A DNA stretch of 64,000 nt from NCBI GenBank assembly GCA_050084985.1, contig JBITNC010000002.1, positions 34,162,001-34,226,000 on the forward strand, read 5' to 3'. The stretch's first letter is position 1. Each line of letters opens with the position of its first letter. Shown in pieces: positions 1 through 12,149 of the stretch. Below the pieces are notes generated by a model, which ran no database searches, was not told where the DNA came from, and was given only the letters and a program-made list of their open reading frames with translations. Origin of the DNA: Nageia nagi. Lineage: Eukaryota; Plantae; Pinophyta. The position numbers were made by a program, and so were the translations under genes.

Positions 1-552
1 ATTTTTCCTCTTTTTAACTTAAAATTTATTGTAAAGATACATGCTATTTTACTTATAAATTTAACTAAGAAAAGAGAAAATATGCTAAGCATTAATGTTA
101 ACAATAAACACTAAAAAAAGGCTTAATTAATTTAATTTTAGGTATTAAACAATTACCTTAAAAATGTGTATTTCAAAAATTTGATTTTCTCTTTTTAAAC
201 AAGCAAGTGTTTAATAGGTTATTATGCTCCTACTAGTACTTGAGAGAAAATATATTAAATGCAATTTTACCAAAGCACTCCAAGTAAAATACAAGAATAC
301 ACTAAGTCAGAGTTTCATGATGGAGTACTTAGTAAAAAAAATACATTTAGGTAAAAGTGATGGCTACCCCTCCCTTATTAAGAAGGAGAATACGTTACTT
401 TTACAGGTGTATTTAATGGAGGTAAATAGGTTTTGAGAAATCAATAAAAAATTAAATGAACAAACAAAAAAAGGGCTTCCAACTTAAATTCCAAGGTAAG
501 AAAGAGGGTAGCGACAAAAAAATGAAAAGTGGGAGAAGAAGGGGATCACAAA

Positions 553-766
553 GGAGAGGAGGCTAGGAGGCACGAGCGAAGAGCTATGTAGGAGAGGAGG
601 TCAAAAGGTGCAGGCAAAGGGCGACACAAGAGAGGAGGTCGGGAGATGCGAACAAAGGGTTGCATAGGAGAGGAGGTTAGGAGGCACAGGACGAAGGGCC
701 ATGTAGGAGAGGAGGTTAGGAGGCATGGGCAGAGGGCCACGTAGGAGAGGAGGTCAGGAGGTGCAT
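553..766. repeat. Purine-rich minisatellite, ~38-bp unit, about 5.5 copies
   Basis: Core aggagaggaggt(t/c)aggaggc recurs at ~553, 590, 629, 666, 705 and 743. The minus-strand ORF 546..773 is a by-product. Confidence 0.85.
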
Positions 767-847
767 AGCTCATTTAGTTAGAGCATTGGTCTTATGGTTC
801 TATTCGAAGGTAGTTGAAGGTCATGGGTTCAAGCCTTGCTAGGACCA
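760..847 (+). pseudogene. tRNA-Ile(UAU) pseudogene with a 15-nt insert at the canonical intron position
   Basis: ATAGCTCATTTAGTTAGAGCATTGGTCTTATG[gttctattcgaaggt]AGTTGAAGGTCATGGGTTCAAGCCTTGCTAGGACCA aligns to plant tRNA-Ile(TAT) as I recall it (GGTCCCGTAGCTCAGTTGGTTAGAGCGTTGGTCTTATG-AGCCGAAGGTCGCGGGTTCGAGCCCCGCCGGGACCA). Nearly all differences are C>T/G>A. The 5' acceptor strand is corrupted. Confidence 0.8.
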
Positions 848-903
848 TCATCAACCATATTATGATTCTTTTCTTAAATTTCTTAGAATTTCACAGTTGT
901 CTA

Positions 904-947
904 CTTCTGCATATAAGTGCGTATGGGTTCGAACCCCATAGCTAGCA
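904..947 (+). pseudogene. 3' half of tRNA-Leu(UAA) (variable arm, T arm, acceptor strand)
   Basis: CTTCTGCATATAAGTGCGTATGGGTTCGAACCCCATAGCTAGCA matches the 3' half of plant tRNA-Leu(TAA) as I recall it. It has an intact B box (GGTTCGAACCC); the 5' half is absent. Confidence 0.75.
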
Positions 948-1160
948 CATAGTAATACCAAAATGTTGTAGGTATTCATTGAATGAAGAGATTTGTGTTA
1001 TGTATCCAATCCTTTATTTTTTTAAAAAAATGCCTCGTATTCAATAAAAGAGAATCTACCCACTATATGTATATATTTATATATTTTTTTTAGAAAAAAT
1101 TGAGCATTTGAAGAAAGGTACAAAAAAATTTGCAATAAATACTCTTTCTTCTCATTTTGA

Positions 1161-1167
<7 letters not shown>

Positions 1168-1230
<63 letters not shown>
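1168..1230. repeat. (TA)n microsatellite
   Basis: Pure TA run. Similar runs occur at ~3665-3740, 13950-13998, 28250-28378, 30088-30115, 48935-48973 and 53497-53560. Confidence 0.95.
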
Positions 1231-1233
<3 letters not shown>

Positions 1234-1708
1234 AAAAAAGCAACTTACTCTTCTTTTCCATTTTTTTTTTAAATAAAGAAAAAATTAAAAAAGGTGATTT
1301 CTTGTTTTAAATAAATCAATTTTGCAAATATTTTGAAAATTAGATGGTAAGTCCTCTCTTAAATTTTCACTTAATTTGTGTAAAAAAAAAAGAGTATATA
1401 AAAAAGATCAAGCTTGACTATAATACATTATTTGCTATATATAAGAGAATGTAACTAACAAAGTAATGTTAGTAATAATATAGCAATACATAGAAGTATA
1501 TTTTCTTTAAAAAAAATGCATTAGCTCATAATAATAAAAAGAATGTTAGACTCATAATGAGATAATCCAAGGAAAAAAAAATACCTTCTCTTAGTTTTAC
1601 CTCACTAATAGGGAGTAAGATGAGGAATGAAGAAGGATCACTAAGATGTAGCTTGCACATAAAAAAAAGAGACTCCATGTTAAAGATGTGAAGGTGAGCC
1701 TCCAAAGA

Positions 1709-2230
1709 GCTTTGATACCAAATGAAATATTTGAACTATAAAAAGAATAAATCTAAACTCTCAAGATCACAATACACATCTAACAAACTTACAAAACAAT
1801 CTCACAAAGATAACATAAGATATAAGTGGTTCCTCCAACTAAGAGCACATCCATTAACTAGATTTCTTTTCTTAACAAATATGAACTCTTACAATCCTCA
1901 TACACTTTTCTCCTAAACACTATCCTATAGCATAACTTTACTTCACAAATTGGTATGTGATCACAAAGGAGGAGCCTTCTATTTATAGATCAAAATTTCT
2001 CTTTGGATCATCCTTTTATCCAATGTACAAAAGCATGACATGAACATTCTTTTACCCAAGGGGCATGCTCATAACATGGAATGTAAGATAAGTTACATTA
2101 TTATATTCACATAAATACTTAAAGTATCAAATGACACTCTTAAGGATTAGTGAACTTATATAGAGGATTATTACATAACCTTTACAATAATGCATTATAC
2201 ATTCCAATAGAGGCCACTTAATATTTGTCA
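1709..2230 (-). mobile_element. LTR retrotransposon 5' LTR remnant with tRNA-iMet primer-binding site
   Basis: gctttgatacca at 1709-1720 reads TGGTATCAAAGC on the minus strand (PBS), 2 nt from a minus-strand CA LTR end at 1723. A minus-strand TATA (ctataaatagaagg) lies at ~1975-1988. The far LTR boundary near 2230 is approximate. Confidence 0.6.
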
Positions 2231-3299
2231 AAAACTACTATAGCCACTATGTTGTGACAACTTAGGTTCATTTATATTGTTAGATTTTTGGACTTTAATT
2301 TCTTAACCTATAGTTAAGATTAATGTGGAATGTTTTGTTTGTTTGTTTCCTAACCCACATTTATGGTTAGTATGAAAACACTATGATATATGTGGTTTAC
2401 CATCCACCACTATATTTTTAACTGTTAAAGCTTTTTAATTAATTAAAATACCTTTTCAAAAAAAAAAAATTAATCATCTTGATTTATTATATTCTCTACA
2501 AATATATTAAAATTAATATTTAAAAATTATTGAATGGTAATTATTTATAAAAATTAATCATTTATAGTTTTTGTGAAATTGAAATAGTGCTCTTCATTCA
2601 GTTCAACCTTATAATATTTAAAAATAAAATATCAATTATATTAAACATATGTATTTCAAATAAAAGACATGATCTCAGCCCAATCACGTTGTTCATGGAG
2701 GCTGAATTAATGGAAAAGACTCAGTCAGTGGCCCGAGAATGTAAACCAAGACTGTAAATAGATTATATGACATTAATAGGCCAAGAGAATGTAAACCATT
2801 TCAATTAAGCGTGGGACGTGGTGATCAAATTTAATAGAAAGTTTATAAAAATTATGATCACAGTATGCATGCATTGCATGGGTTGTTTATCCATCTTTGG
2901 GACTGATATGAAGTTGAGGTACATGGGTTTGGCATTGCACCATGGCTCACATGGAGCAATAAAAATGAACATCACAATTTGATTTCTTGGATTCTATTTA
3001 TAAATCTTAATCTGGCTTGCTTGTTATAGTATGGAAGAATTTAATTAGGAAGTTTCACAAGACAATTACAAAGTTTGACAGAAAAAAAAATTTGCTGATT
3101 GCTGACACTGTTAATGCATGCAGAAGAGCAGCAACCCATTCGTCCCTGCATTAATTATTTATACGTTATAAACATTGTTTAGCTGTACCAACATGGTTCC
3201 TGGTAATGCAGGAAAGCTCCTCCCGAAAGGAGTAAGATATATTCATCAAGTCGAGTCTGTTGGGGGAGCCATTCATGGATGAAACACGCTGCACATTTT

Positions 3300-3480
3300 T
3301 CCGATTTTGCTGAATCGGAATGGCAATGCAACAAGGTTTTTATAATGCAATGAGGTTTAGCCATGATTTTGGATTACCAGATTGAACAAAATCAGATATC
3401 ATGGCTAGACATCATTGCATTACAACAACCTTGTACTGCATTGCCATTCCCATTCAGTAATTTAGAAGATCAATAGGATT
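3300..3480 (+). pseudogene. Old remnant of exon 1 of a paralogue of the MYB98-like gene
   Basis: 3366-3395 encodes [10 protein letters not shown], identical to 31149-31178. Upstream, LLNRNGN corresponds to LLNANGN in the gene. The remnant is frameshifted, has stops, and no MYB repeats follow. Confidence 0.7.
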
Positions 3481-3665
3481 GCTCTCCCAGTAGATGTTGG
3501 GATGGAGCCCGATTCTCCACCGATGATCTTCATTGAACGCTTTGGACAAGGCATTCACAAGGCAGGTATCCCTTGGCAATGTGGCGCTGGACAGTCAATT
3601 AAACGGGTTCATTATTATAAAAAATCAATAATGAAAAAACAAATGTATTTGTTGCCTGTACTATA

Positions 3666-3744
<79 letters not shown>

Positions 3745-3759
3745 TAAAGCAGACACTTG

Positions 3760-4050
3760 TGAGCGATGTGTGTGTAGATTGTTCATTGCTGAGAACATTA
3801 GAGTTGACGCTGTTGTAAAGAGAAGGGAATGGCAAGGAGATTGCTATTGATTGTATCTTTTGTTGGTGAATAAACAGAGGTTACAGTGCTTCTTCAGGGA
3901 CGTAGCCCAAAGTTTGTTGGGTGAATATCGTCTAAATTCTTCTCTCTCTTTTGCGGTTTGCTTGTGCATATTTCAATTCTGCTAGTTTCTATTCAATTAC
4001 AAAATAAGTAGGATTGTTAAGAATGTAGAGGAATACACAAGAATCCAACA
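3760..4050 (+). mobile_element. Probable copia-type LTR fragment (R/U5)
   Basis: tgta...aataaa followed by a gacgtagccc...gggtgaa..cgtctaaattct motif typical of plant LTR U5 regions; ends in ...atccaaca. Confidence 0.45.
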
Positions 4051-4659
4051 GTAGAACACCATTATTGCCTAAATCCTCACCTTGTTTGTCAACACTACCG
4101 GAACCCGATGTATTGATCATATACTTTTGTTGTCCAATATCCAGCCCATGAATGTTCTCTCTTTGGTTTGCATTATCGGAATGCAGAATGTATTACGGTG
4201 TTTTGGATAAATATGTACAGTAAGCTGCAGATTTATCTAGTAGGGACAAATTCCCTGCAGTCTTAAAAACTCTTCTTTTGGGGCCTTTCACGCTTCTCAG
4301 ATTCAATTTTAGGATTTCTATCTATAATTATTGAGAAATATGATCAATAAATTGGACCGCAACGGATGATAACAGGGTCTGTTAAAATGTTTCGATATGG
4401 AGTTTCATGTGAGGTTTTTATCATTCTTATCATGCATTCATCTTTAAATAACTAGTTTTGATATAATCTTCCATATATATCAAAAAATGCTAGAGATATC
4501 ATTCTCGAATAATTTAGAAATTATTTCTCAAATATAGATTATAAAGTATTTCACTCCTAATATAATAATTTAGAAACTAATATTTATAGAAAATGTATAT
4601 AAAAAATTTAAAACAATGAATGTATACATTTAAAACACAGAATACATAAATTTAAAATA

Positions 4660-4825
4660 GCTAATGCATTTAAATATATTTATTTGTATACAAAGAAAAT
4701 GTATTTAAAATAATCAAATGTATTAGTATTTAAATATATTTATTTAAAATAATCAAATGTATTAGTATTTAAATATATTTATTTGTATACAAAGAAAATG
4801 TATTTAAAATAATCAAATGTATTAT
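4660..4825. repeat. AT-rich local tandem duplication / minisatellite
   Basis: atttaaaataatcaaatgtatta occurs 3 times; tatttatttgtatacaaagaaaatg occurs twice. Confidence 0.8.
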
Positions 4826-5899
4826 ATAATATGAACAATAACAATTACAACAGATGCATTGTATAATCTAAATAGTAACAATTTAATATTGTTATGCTAG
4901 CATAATATTAAATTAATTATAAATTAAAATAAGGAATATATAAATTTTAAACAACCAATGTATTTAAATATATTAAATTATAAATTTATATTTAAAATAA
5001 CTAATAGAGTTAGCTATTGATGATGGACATAGAGAGGGAGTGATATTTTAGCTTAACTTTTGACGTAATAAAAATGATGAATTACCAAAAAAAACTATAC
5101 CACAAAACTTAATAATATATGATGATGTTTAATCATTTAGCATTGTAATATTATTCTTCTTTAATAATTAAAGAAATGCATTCTTATTTATATAAAATAA
5201 TAAATTCTCTTTAAAAAAGTTATTTTAAAAATCCACCTTAACTTTAAAAAATTAAAGTTAATTTATGAAAATTATATCATTAATATATTACAAATATATT
5301 TTATGTTCAATAAGTAACTATAACATGTAAGTATTTAAACTTTTGAAATAAGCATTTGAACAATTTTAAGTATCTACATTTATAAAAAAAATAAAGTCTA
5401 TTACTTTTTGGTTTTTGTCTTTTAAATTATAAAATTATCCTTTTACTTAATTTGATGTTTTATATTGATCAATTTATATTTTAAAAATATTTAGATTGTA
5501 TTTTAATAGTTTATATATAACTAACTTTTGAATAAGGTTAGCTTGCATTTTAATAGTTTATATATATTATGTGTTCTATGCATATAATGTATTTGATGTA
5601 ATTAGTTTGCTAATTTATATAATTTATTTTAGGTTTCAAATATTTTTAGATGCATGTATTATACTTACACTTTTAATTTGATATATACTTTTCCTTTTAA
5701 TTAAATTGAAATTCACTTCTTCTATATAATTTATAAAAAATTAGGATTTATTATACATGCTTTTATTTATATTCATGGGAAAGTTTAATGTACGTTTAAA
5801 ATGATATAAGATCATCATATACAATTTAAAAATTATAGTTATCTCGAAGATATCAAGAATGTAAAAGAAGCTTAATATCATACTAGATTAATCTTTGTA

Positions 5900-8800
5900 T
5901 TTTTTGGGGAAGATCTCCATCTTGATACATTTGTGTATTTACACTGCCTTGAGAGGTGTATGTCCTTTAAGTATGACCACCTCTCTTAATAACACTTCAT
6001 TATTACATGAAGTGATTGGAGAAGAGGATGACACCCAACAAGCATTCCCACAAGTTTCTATCGAAATTCGAGCATAAAGTAATATTGCTATCCCTCAAGT
6101 TTTAATTCTTGTAGAAGAATTTATTAATACCTATCATTGGTTTGAATCACACACCCTTATGTGCTATTTCCTTGGTCTTATCCCAAATGATACCATTGTA
6201 TGTACCTGGGTAAGTCAGGTTTTGGATTTTGTATGGTGTTAAATTTAAAAAATGTGTAGAAAATTATCAAAAGCTTTTTCCTTTTTTGGTTCTCTAACCA
6301 TGTGCATACCCAAAACGTTCTTAGTAAAGAGCCTTGGATAGTTTGTAATTCTCTCCTTTTCCTTCTACCTTATATGTTGGGCTTTAATGTTGAGAATGAA
6401 GGTGCTATAGATATCCTTATTTGGGTGGAATTAATTAGAGTTCCTATTCCCTTGTGGAAATTTTTGAAGTTTTTAGGTGAGTCCATTAGTTAATTTATCT
6501 ATTTTGAACCTAAGAGATTTTTTTAGCTTGACCTTCTTGAAGAGTTTGTGTTAAGGTGGATTTAACTCATGACCTCCTTAATTTCATTGATATCAATATT
6601 GGTGATGAGGGTTTATGGTAATGGGTGGAGTTCATTGGTATCTCAAATACTTGTTACCATTTTCAATCTTACGATCACAAGATTTGTGATTGCCCACTTA
6701 TGGTGGGTAGCTTTAACAAAAAATCCTATGTTCCTCCTCCTTCATATTTTCACCCAGCTCCTTCTAGAAAAGGTGTAGAGGATGAATGGACCCTAGTCAC
6801 TCTACTCCTTAAGAATTGGTTGTTATGCCTCCAACCTAGAATTCTAGTCCTATGGTCATATTGAACATGCGACTTATGTAGGTTGTTAGTACTATTCAAC
6901 CATATTAGGTTGTTACCTTAACTTCATCATCTATTATGTTATCAACCTCTATCCCTCTACTCAACTTTATTTGGTCTAGCCACTTGTTTGTGTCCATTGT
7001 GGTTATGCCTCCTATTCCTATGATGGAGGATAGTTTAAGAGATAAAATTCAATGATCACGTAGTCTGTATAGAGGTTTTCCTTTTGGGCATGTTGGAAAA
7101 TATCACTAGGTGGGAGCTTCACATGGTGAAAGTAACTCTTTTGGGTCCCTACAAAGTTTGAAGGACTTAGAGGATGAATGATTTTTTTTAGAATGTAAGA
7201 GGGTTGACAGACCTAACCTATAAGTACACGATCTAAGGTGAGCTTGATGATATCACTCACTCTTATGGAATGTATTCTTTTATCTTTTTACAAAAAATTA
7301 AAATTATTGACTTTATTATGCAATGTACTTACTCTTTTCTCTAGTTGTGGGGCCCCTTTTTTTATACCAATCATTTAATTGGGAAATGTTATCATTATTA
7401 TTCTTATTACTATTATTGATCTTACTATTATTTCTCCTAAGTGGAAATTGAATATGATTTTTTGGGGGACTAACACTTCACATCAAGCTATTTAAGTGTT
7501 TCTTGAGATCAAAACTTCATATCAAGTTGTATCATCAATATTTATGCTTCAAATAATGCTCATTATAGAAGAGATTTATGGTTTTGTCTTACCATTTCTC
7601 TTCCCTTTGTGATGTGGGTCCCCTGTGGTCACTTTAACATGGTGCAAAAAGCTTTCGATAAGAAAAGTCAGAACCCCATGGGGTGGAATCTAGTGGAAAG
7701 AGAGGCTTGGTTTTTTATGAAAAATAAGCTAAGTCAATTTCATCCCAATGTTGGTTTCTCCCCTTTTGAATTTTTGGAGATGCATTGGTTTACTTGGTCT
7801 AACTTCCAAGTTGATTATGCCTAAGTACTTAAAAGGCTTGATAGGGATATGTTATCTAAGAGTGGATTTTTACTTTGGTAGAATTTCTTCTTCTCTTATT
7901 TTTCTTTCTTATATTATCCTTAATGCCACTTTGTCTAATCATGCTCCTATTCTCTTTGCTATTTTCTTTGAGTATCCTTCTTATTTTTTTTTTCTCTATG
8001 TTTCATTCAAATACCTCCTATTTATAATCTCCCTCTATGAGAGCTCACAATAGCCATATTTCAAATTTAATTTTGAGATCCTCTAGCTCTTCTAGTTGGA
8101 TCTAGTCATAAAAAAGCTCTATCCTTTGAACTACAAAGATCTTTTGTATCTTTGGTGTTGAGTTTATAAGTGAAGGTAAAAGTGTAATTAGATTCTCAAA
8201 ATTGATCTTGCTTGGGCCACCTAGACTCTTTAAACCAATCCTTTTTATGGCTTGCTCAAGATCATGTGGTAGCTCTTCATCATAAAATTAGGAAAGCTAA
8301 CCTTTATGAGGCTAAGGGTGCTAAGCTTCATGCCCATATTAATTGGCTTATTGTTAGAGATAAAGTCTCTAAATAATTCTTTAGACACCTTTATCCTCCT
8401 ATTCATGTGTCTCATTTCAATGCTATTGAATCTAATGGAGTTTGTCTCACCTCCCTTCCTAAGATTATCTCCATCTTGGTTGTTCATTATCAGGTCTTTG
8501 GTTCCTAACCTCTTTCCCCAATTTATCAATAATTTATGGAAGATTGTTATGTTGTCATATATCATAAGCTCACCCAAGCTTAGACTAATTTTTATAATAC
8601 ACCTCTCTCTTTTAATGATTTGAAGACTATTGTTTCTTAGATGGCCAATGATAAATCCCCTAGTATTGATGGATTTCCCTATGAGTTTTATAAGGATTTA
8701 TGGGATATGTTGGGGCCAAACCTTTTTCAGGTATATAGAGAAACTCTATCCATAGGTTCAATGGGTCCCATGATCAATAAAGGTAACATCAAGTTTATAC

Positions 8801-11658
8801 CCAAACCTAGTGATCCAAAGTGCATCACTAATTGACATCAAATTACCTTATTGAATGTCAGTTATAAAATTATTGCTAAGGCTTTAGCCCTTAAGATTAA
8901 GCCTATTTTATTTCTTATTATTTGCCTAGAGAAAATTGAATCTATCAAATATGGATATATTTTAGAAAATATTATTGTTGTTTGGGAAGGTATGGGATGA
9001 GCCCATAATTAAGATCAGGATGCTTTATTTAGCAAGATTAATTTTGAAAAGGACTATGATTGGATTGAACGGTATTTTATCACTATTATAATTACAACTC
9101 TTAGCTTTGGCTCTTCCTTTGTCTCCTCTATCAAGATGCTTTTTTGAGATGCTTCTATTGTGATTACTATGAATGGATCTCAATATGAAAGTATTACTCT
9201 TGCTTGCTATGTTCGCCAAGATTTTCCTCTTGCTCCCTCATTTATTTTGAATGGTCATCATGCCCATCAAACCTCTTAAGATCTTATTCAAATTATCTCC
9301 CTTCCTAATTCTCAAGCGCAACTTTTGAATGGTCATCATGCTCATGACTCATTTCTCACTTTGTAAGAGGATGAGTGATCTATTAAAATTGCTTTGCAAT
9401 GCTTGGATACTTTTTATCTTACCTCTAGGTACAATATTCAATAGAAAAAACTATCTTGCTATAGACAATCCATGTGTCTTATCCCTGATTAGATTTATCA
9501 ATTTCCTTTGAAATGGATTTAGAATGGAGAAATGTTTAAATTCCTTGGAATAACTTTTACTTTTTAGGCCTCCCCAATTCAACAATGAAATTTTATGGTT
9601 CAAAAGGTTAAAAAATAGTTTGGCTCTTATTCCACTAAGAAATTATCCTTAGGTGAAAAAATTTAGATTTATTCTAAGGTTCTTGTTTCAACTCATGTTT
9701 ATTACTCTTCTTGTTGGGTGTCTTCCAAATTTTGTTATCAAAAGTTGGAAAAATTGTTGAGGGATTTGATATATACTTTTGATGTCCATAAATAAGGATT
9801 TCATATAGTGGCATGGGAAATTTATTTTCTTCCTTGATCAACTGGTGGCATGGGTCTATTTTATTGTAATTTTTAAGGTTTTATCTTGTGTGAAAAATAG
9901 ATTTTGAGAGCTTTAGAGGGGAATAAAGCATGGAAGCTTCTTGTTTGCCATTGTATTTCTCAAGGGCTTCCTTTTGGAAAATAATTTTGGATGGGGCTTT
10001 CTTTTCAAACCCTCCTCACTACTCTTGTTGCTATCAAAATTCAAGGTTATTTTGTAATTAAGAGTATCTAGAAAGCTTAGGAAACTCTTAAACTTTTTCT
10101 TAGTTATTACATTTGAAGCAAGTATATGGAGTTTCTCTAGCTTCTCTCAATATTTGGTAATGAAAAGTTTTTTCTTAAGAAGGATTTTCTCTTGCTCAAG
10201 TTCAATGGGTTCAAGGTCTATGATTCTATAGGAAGGGAATTGGATCCATTATTCAATTTTTTAATTCACATACAAGAACCTAACATATGTGGAATGCATT
10301 TCAAGACCTTTTTAATCTTAAATAAGATGATAAAGCTACTTTTGATTTGGTTATAGACAAAATCCATTTTTCCATATTGAAGAAGCTTGATCTCAATTTC
10401 TAAAAGTAGTAGATGTTTGATTGGTTTTGGCCTCAATGTATGAGTTTTATTATGTATAAGCCTCATCATGGTTACTTTTCACTTTCTCCCCATGTTCCTA
10501 TGTATCATACACTGAACCTTAGATGGGATTTTGGTTCTTACCAATCTTGATGGTTTCTACATTTTTCTATTATTTGGGCTAAGTATACTAAACCTAAGAA
10601 ATTTTTTTTATCTAGAGTCTTTTGCATCAAAATATTCCTATTAAGCATCAATATCCTTATTTGGGTGTCATTAATCCTACTTGTCCTTATCAAGAGTCTA
10701 AATATTTTCCTCATATTTTTTTTTTGATGTACGAAGGCTAAGTATGATTAGGATTGGAGTATTTTCTTTTTGAATACTTTCTTAGTGTTTACTTGCTCTT
10801 GGGTTGATGCTATTCTTGGGGATACTCTTCAATTTACAAATCCCTTAGGAAAATTTTGGCATATTTTTAGAATCAATATTCTCTACCATCTTTGGAAAAG
10901 AAGAAATAATATTATATTTGGTCAAGAAGATCCCTCGTCTACCTTTTCTCTTGCTAATAAATATGCTATTTTATATGATTGCTTGTTGAATATTATGGTT
11001 CAAGTAGAAAATGTTTATGTGGAGGCTCAACACCTACACAATTTGATTGACCACTGGGGAACTCTCCTTACCCTATTACTCATGTCCTTCTTGATGAGTT
11101 TCATCTTCATCAGGCATTATCTCATGGAGCTCCTAGACATCAATAACATAGCTACACTCCTTCTCCATCAAAACCTTTGCCTAACCCCAAATGTGTTTAG
11201 TATGGAGAGCCTACTACTTCCTACTCTAAGAGTAGATGGGATATTTGGTTGGAAGTTTTTTTCTCTAATTATGGGATGGGAAGATACTTCAAATGCCTCA
11301 CTATCTTTCTTATGATGTTGATATGTGTATCGATTCTAGTAGAAGTAATTACAATGATGGTTAGAATGTTACTATTGCTGAGGGTAGTGGTCGGTAACAT
11401 ATACACTTTATTGATAATTTCTACCCTCCACCTTCTCATGATTGATACAATATTTTATTTTGTTGGTTATTAAACTTCTGGGGCACTATGAACTCAATTT
11501 TGTTATGGTTTTTGATGGTTAGTTGGTGGTCATTTGTATATTTTAGTGAGATCTTATTTAGCATCATGGTGTTCCATAGGGTATTCTCAATTCCACCCAA
11601 CCTCTTTTGTATGAAAAATATTTTTGTAATATAAAAGCCTTTTTCATTTAAAAAAAAA
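5900..11658 (+). mobile_element. Degenerate near-full-length L1-type LINE (ORF1 with zinc knuckle; ORF2 endonuclease-RT-zf)
   Basis: CYHFQSYDHKICDCP knuckle at ~6650; endonuclease remnants (SNHAPI) at ~7.2-8.0 kb; RT motifs KSPSIDGFPYEFYK (8655), YKIIAKALA and VRQ-PLAPS (9210); poly(A) at 11650-11658. Many stops. The 5' end is approximate. Confidence 0.9.
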
Positions 11659-12149
11659 TCTTAATTAAATAATTTAAACCCTAATCTTATCTAATACTTA
11701 TTATATGTAAGTACATTTAGTAACATCATTTCATTTAATATCATTAAATATTATTTAATATTATCTTTGATCATTTGATATTATTTATTATTATTATAAT
11801 ATGATATCATTTATATAATTTAATATTCAAAACTATAATTTAATTATATCTATTATTATTTAAAACTAGTTTACTTTAATAATATTCATTGCACTTTAGT
11901 TTTATAATTTTACTTATTTATTATCTTTATTAAAAAAATTAATTTACATTTATTTAAAATAATAAATAATCAAATTACTCTTTTCCCCAACATCTATGTT
12001 TGAGGAATACATGATAACTTGTAAATAGATACAAATTTGATTATGAAAAAAATTTAAATTGTATTGAGCATCACACAATATGTAGAGAGGGTGCTTGGTT
12101 ATATAAGAAAAGAGGAAAGATGGTTGTAGGTAAGAAGTTATAACTAAGA

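Noticed and set aside
1022-1261. ORFs with YIYIYI runs (also 3502..3714, 3599..3835, 53369..53653)
   Set aside because: Translations of (TA)n microsatellites.
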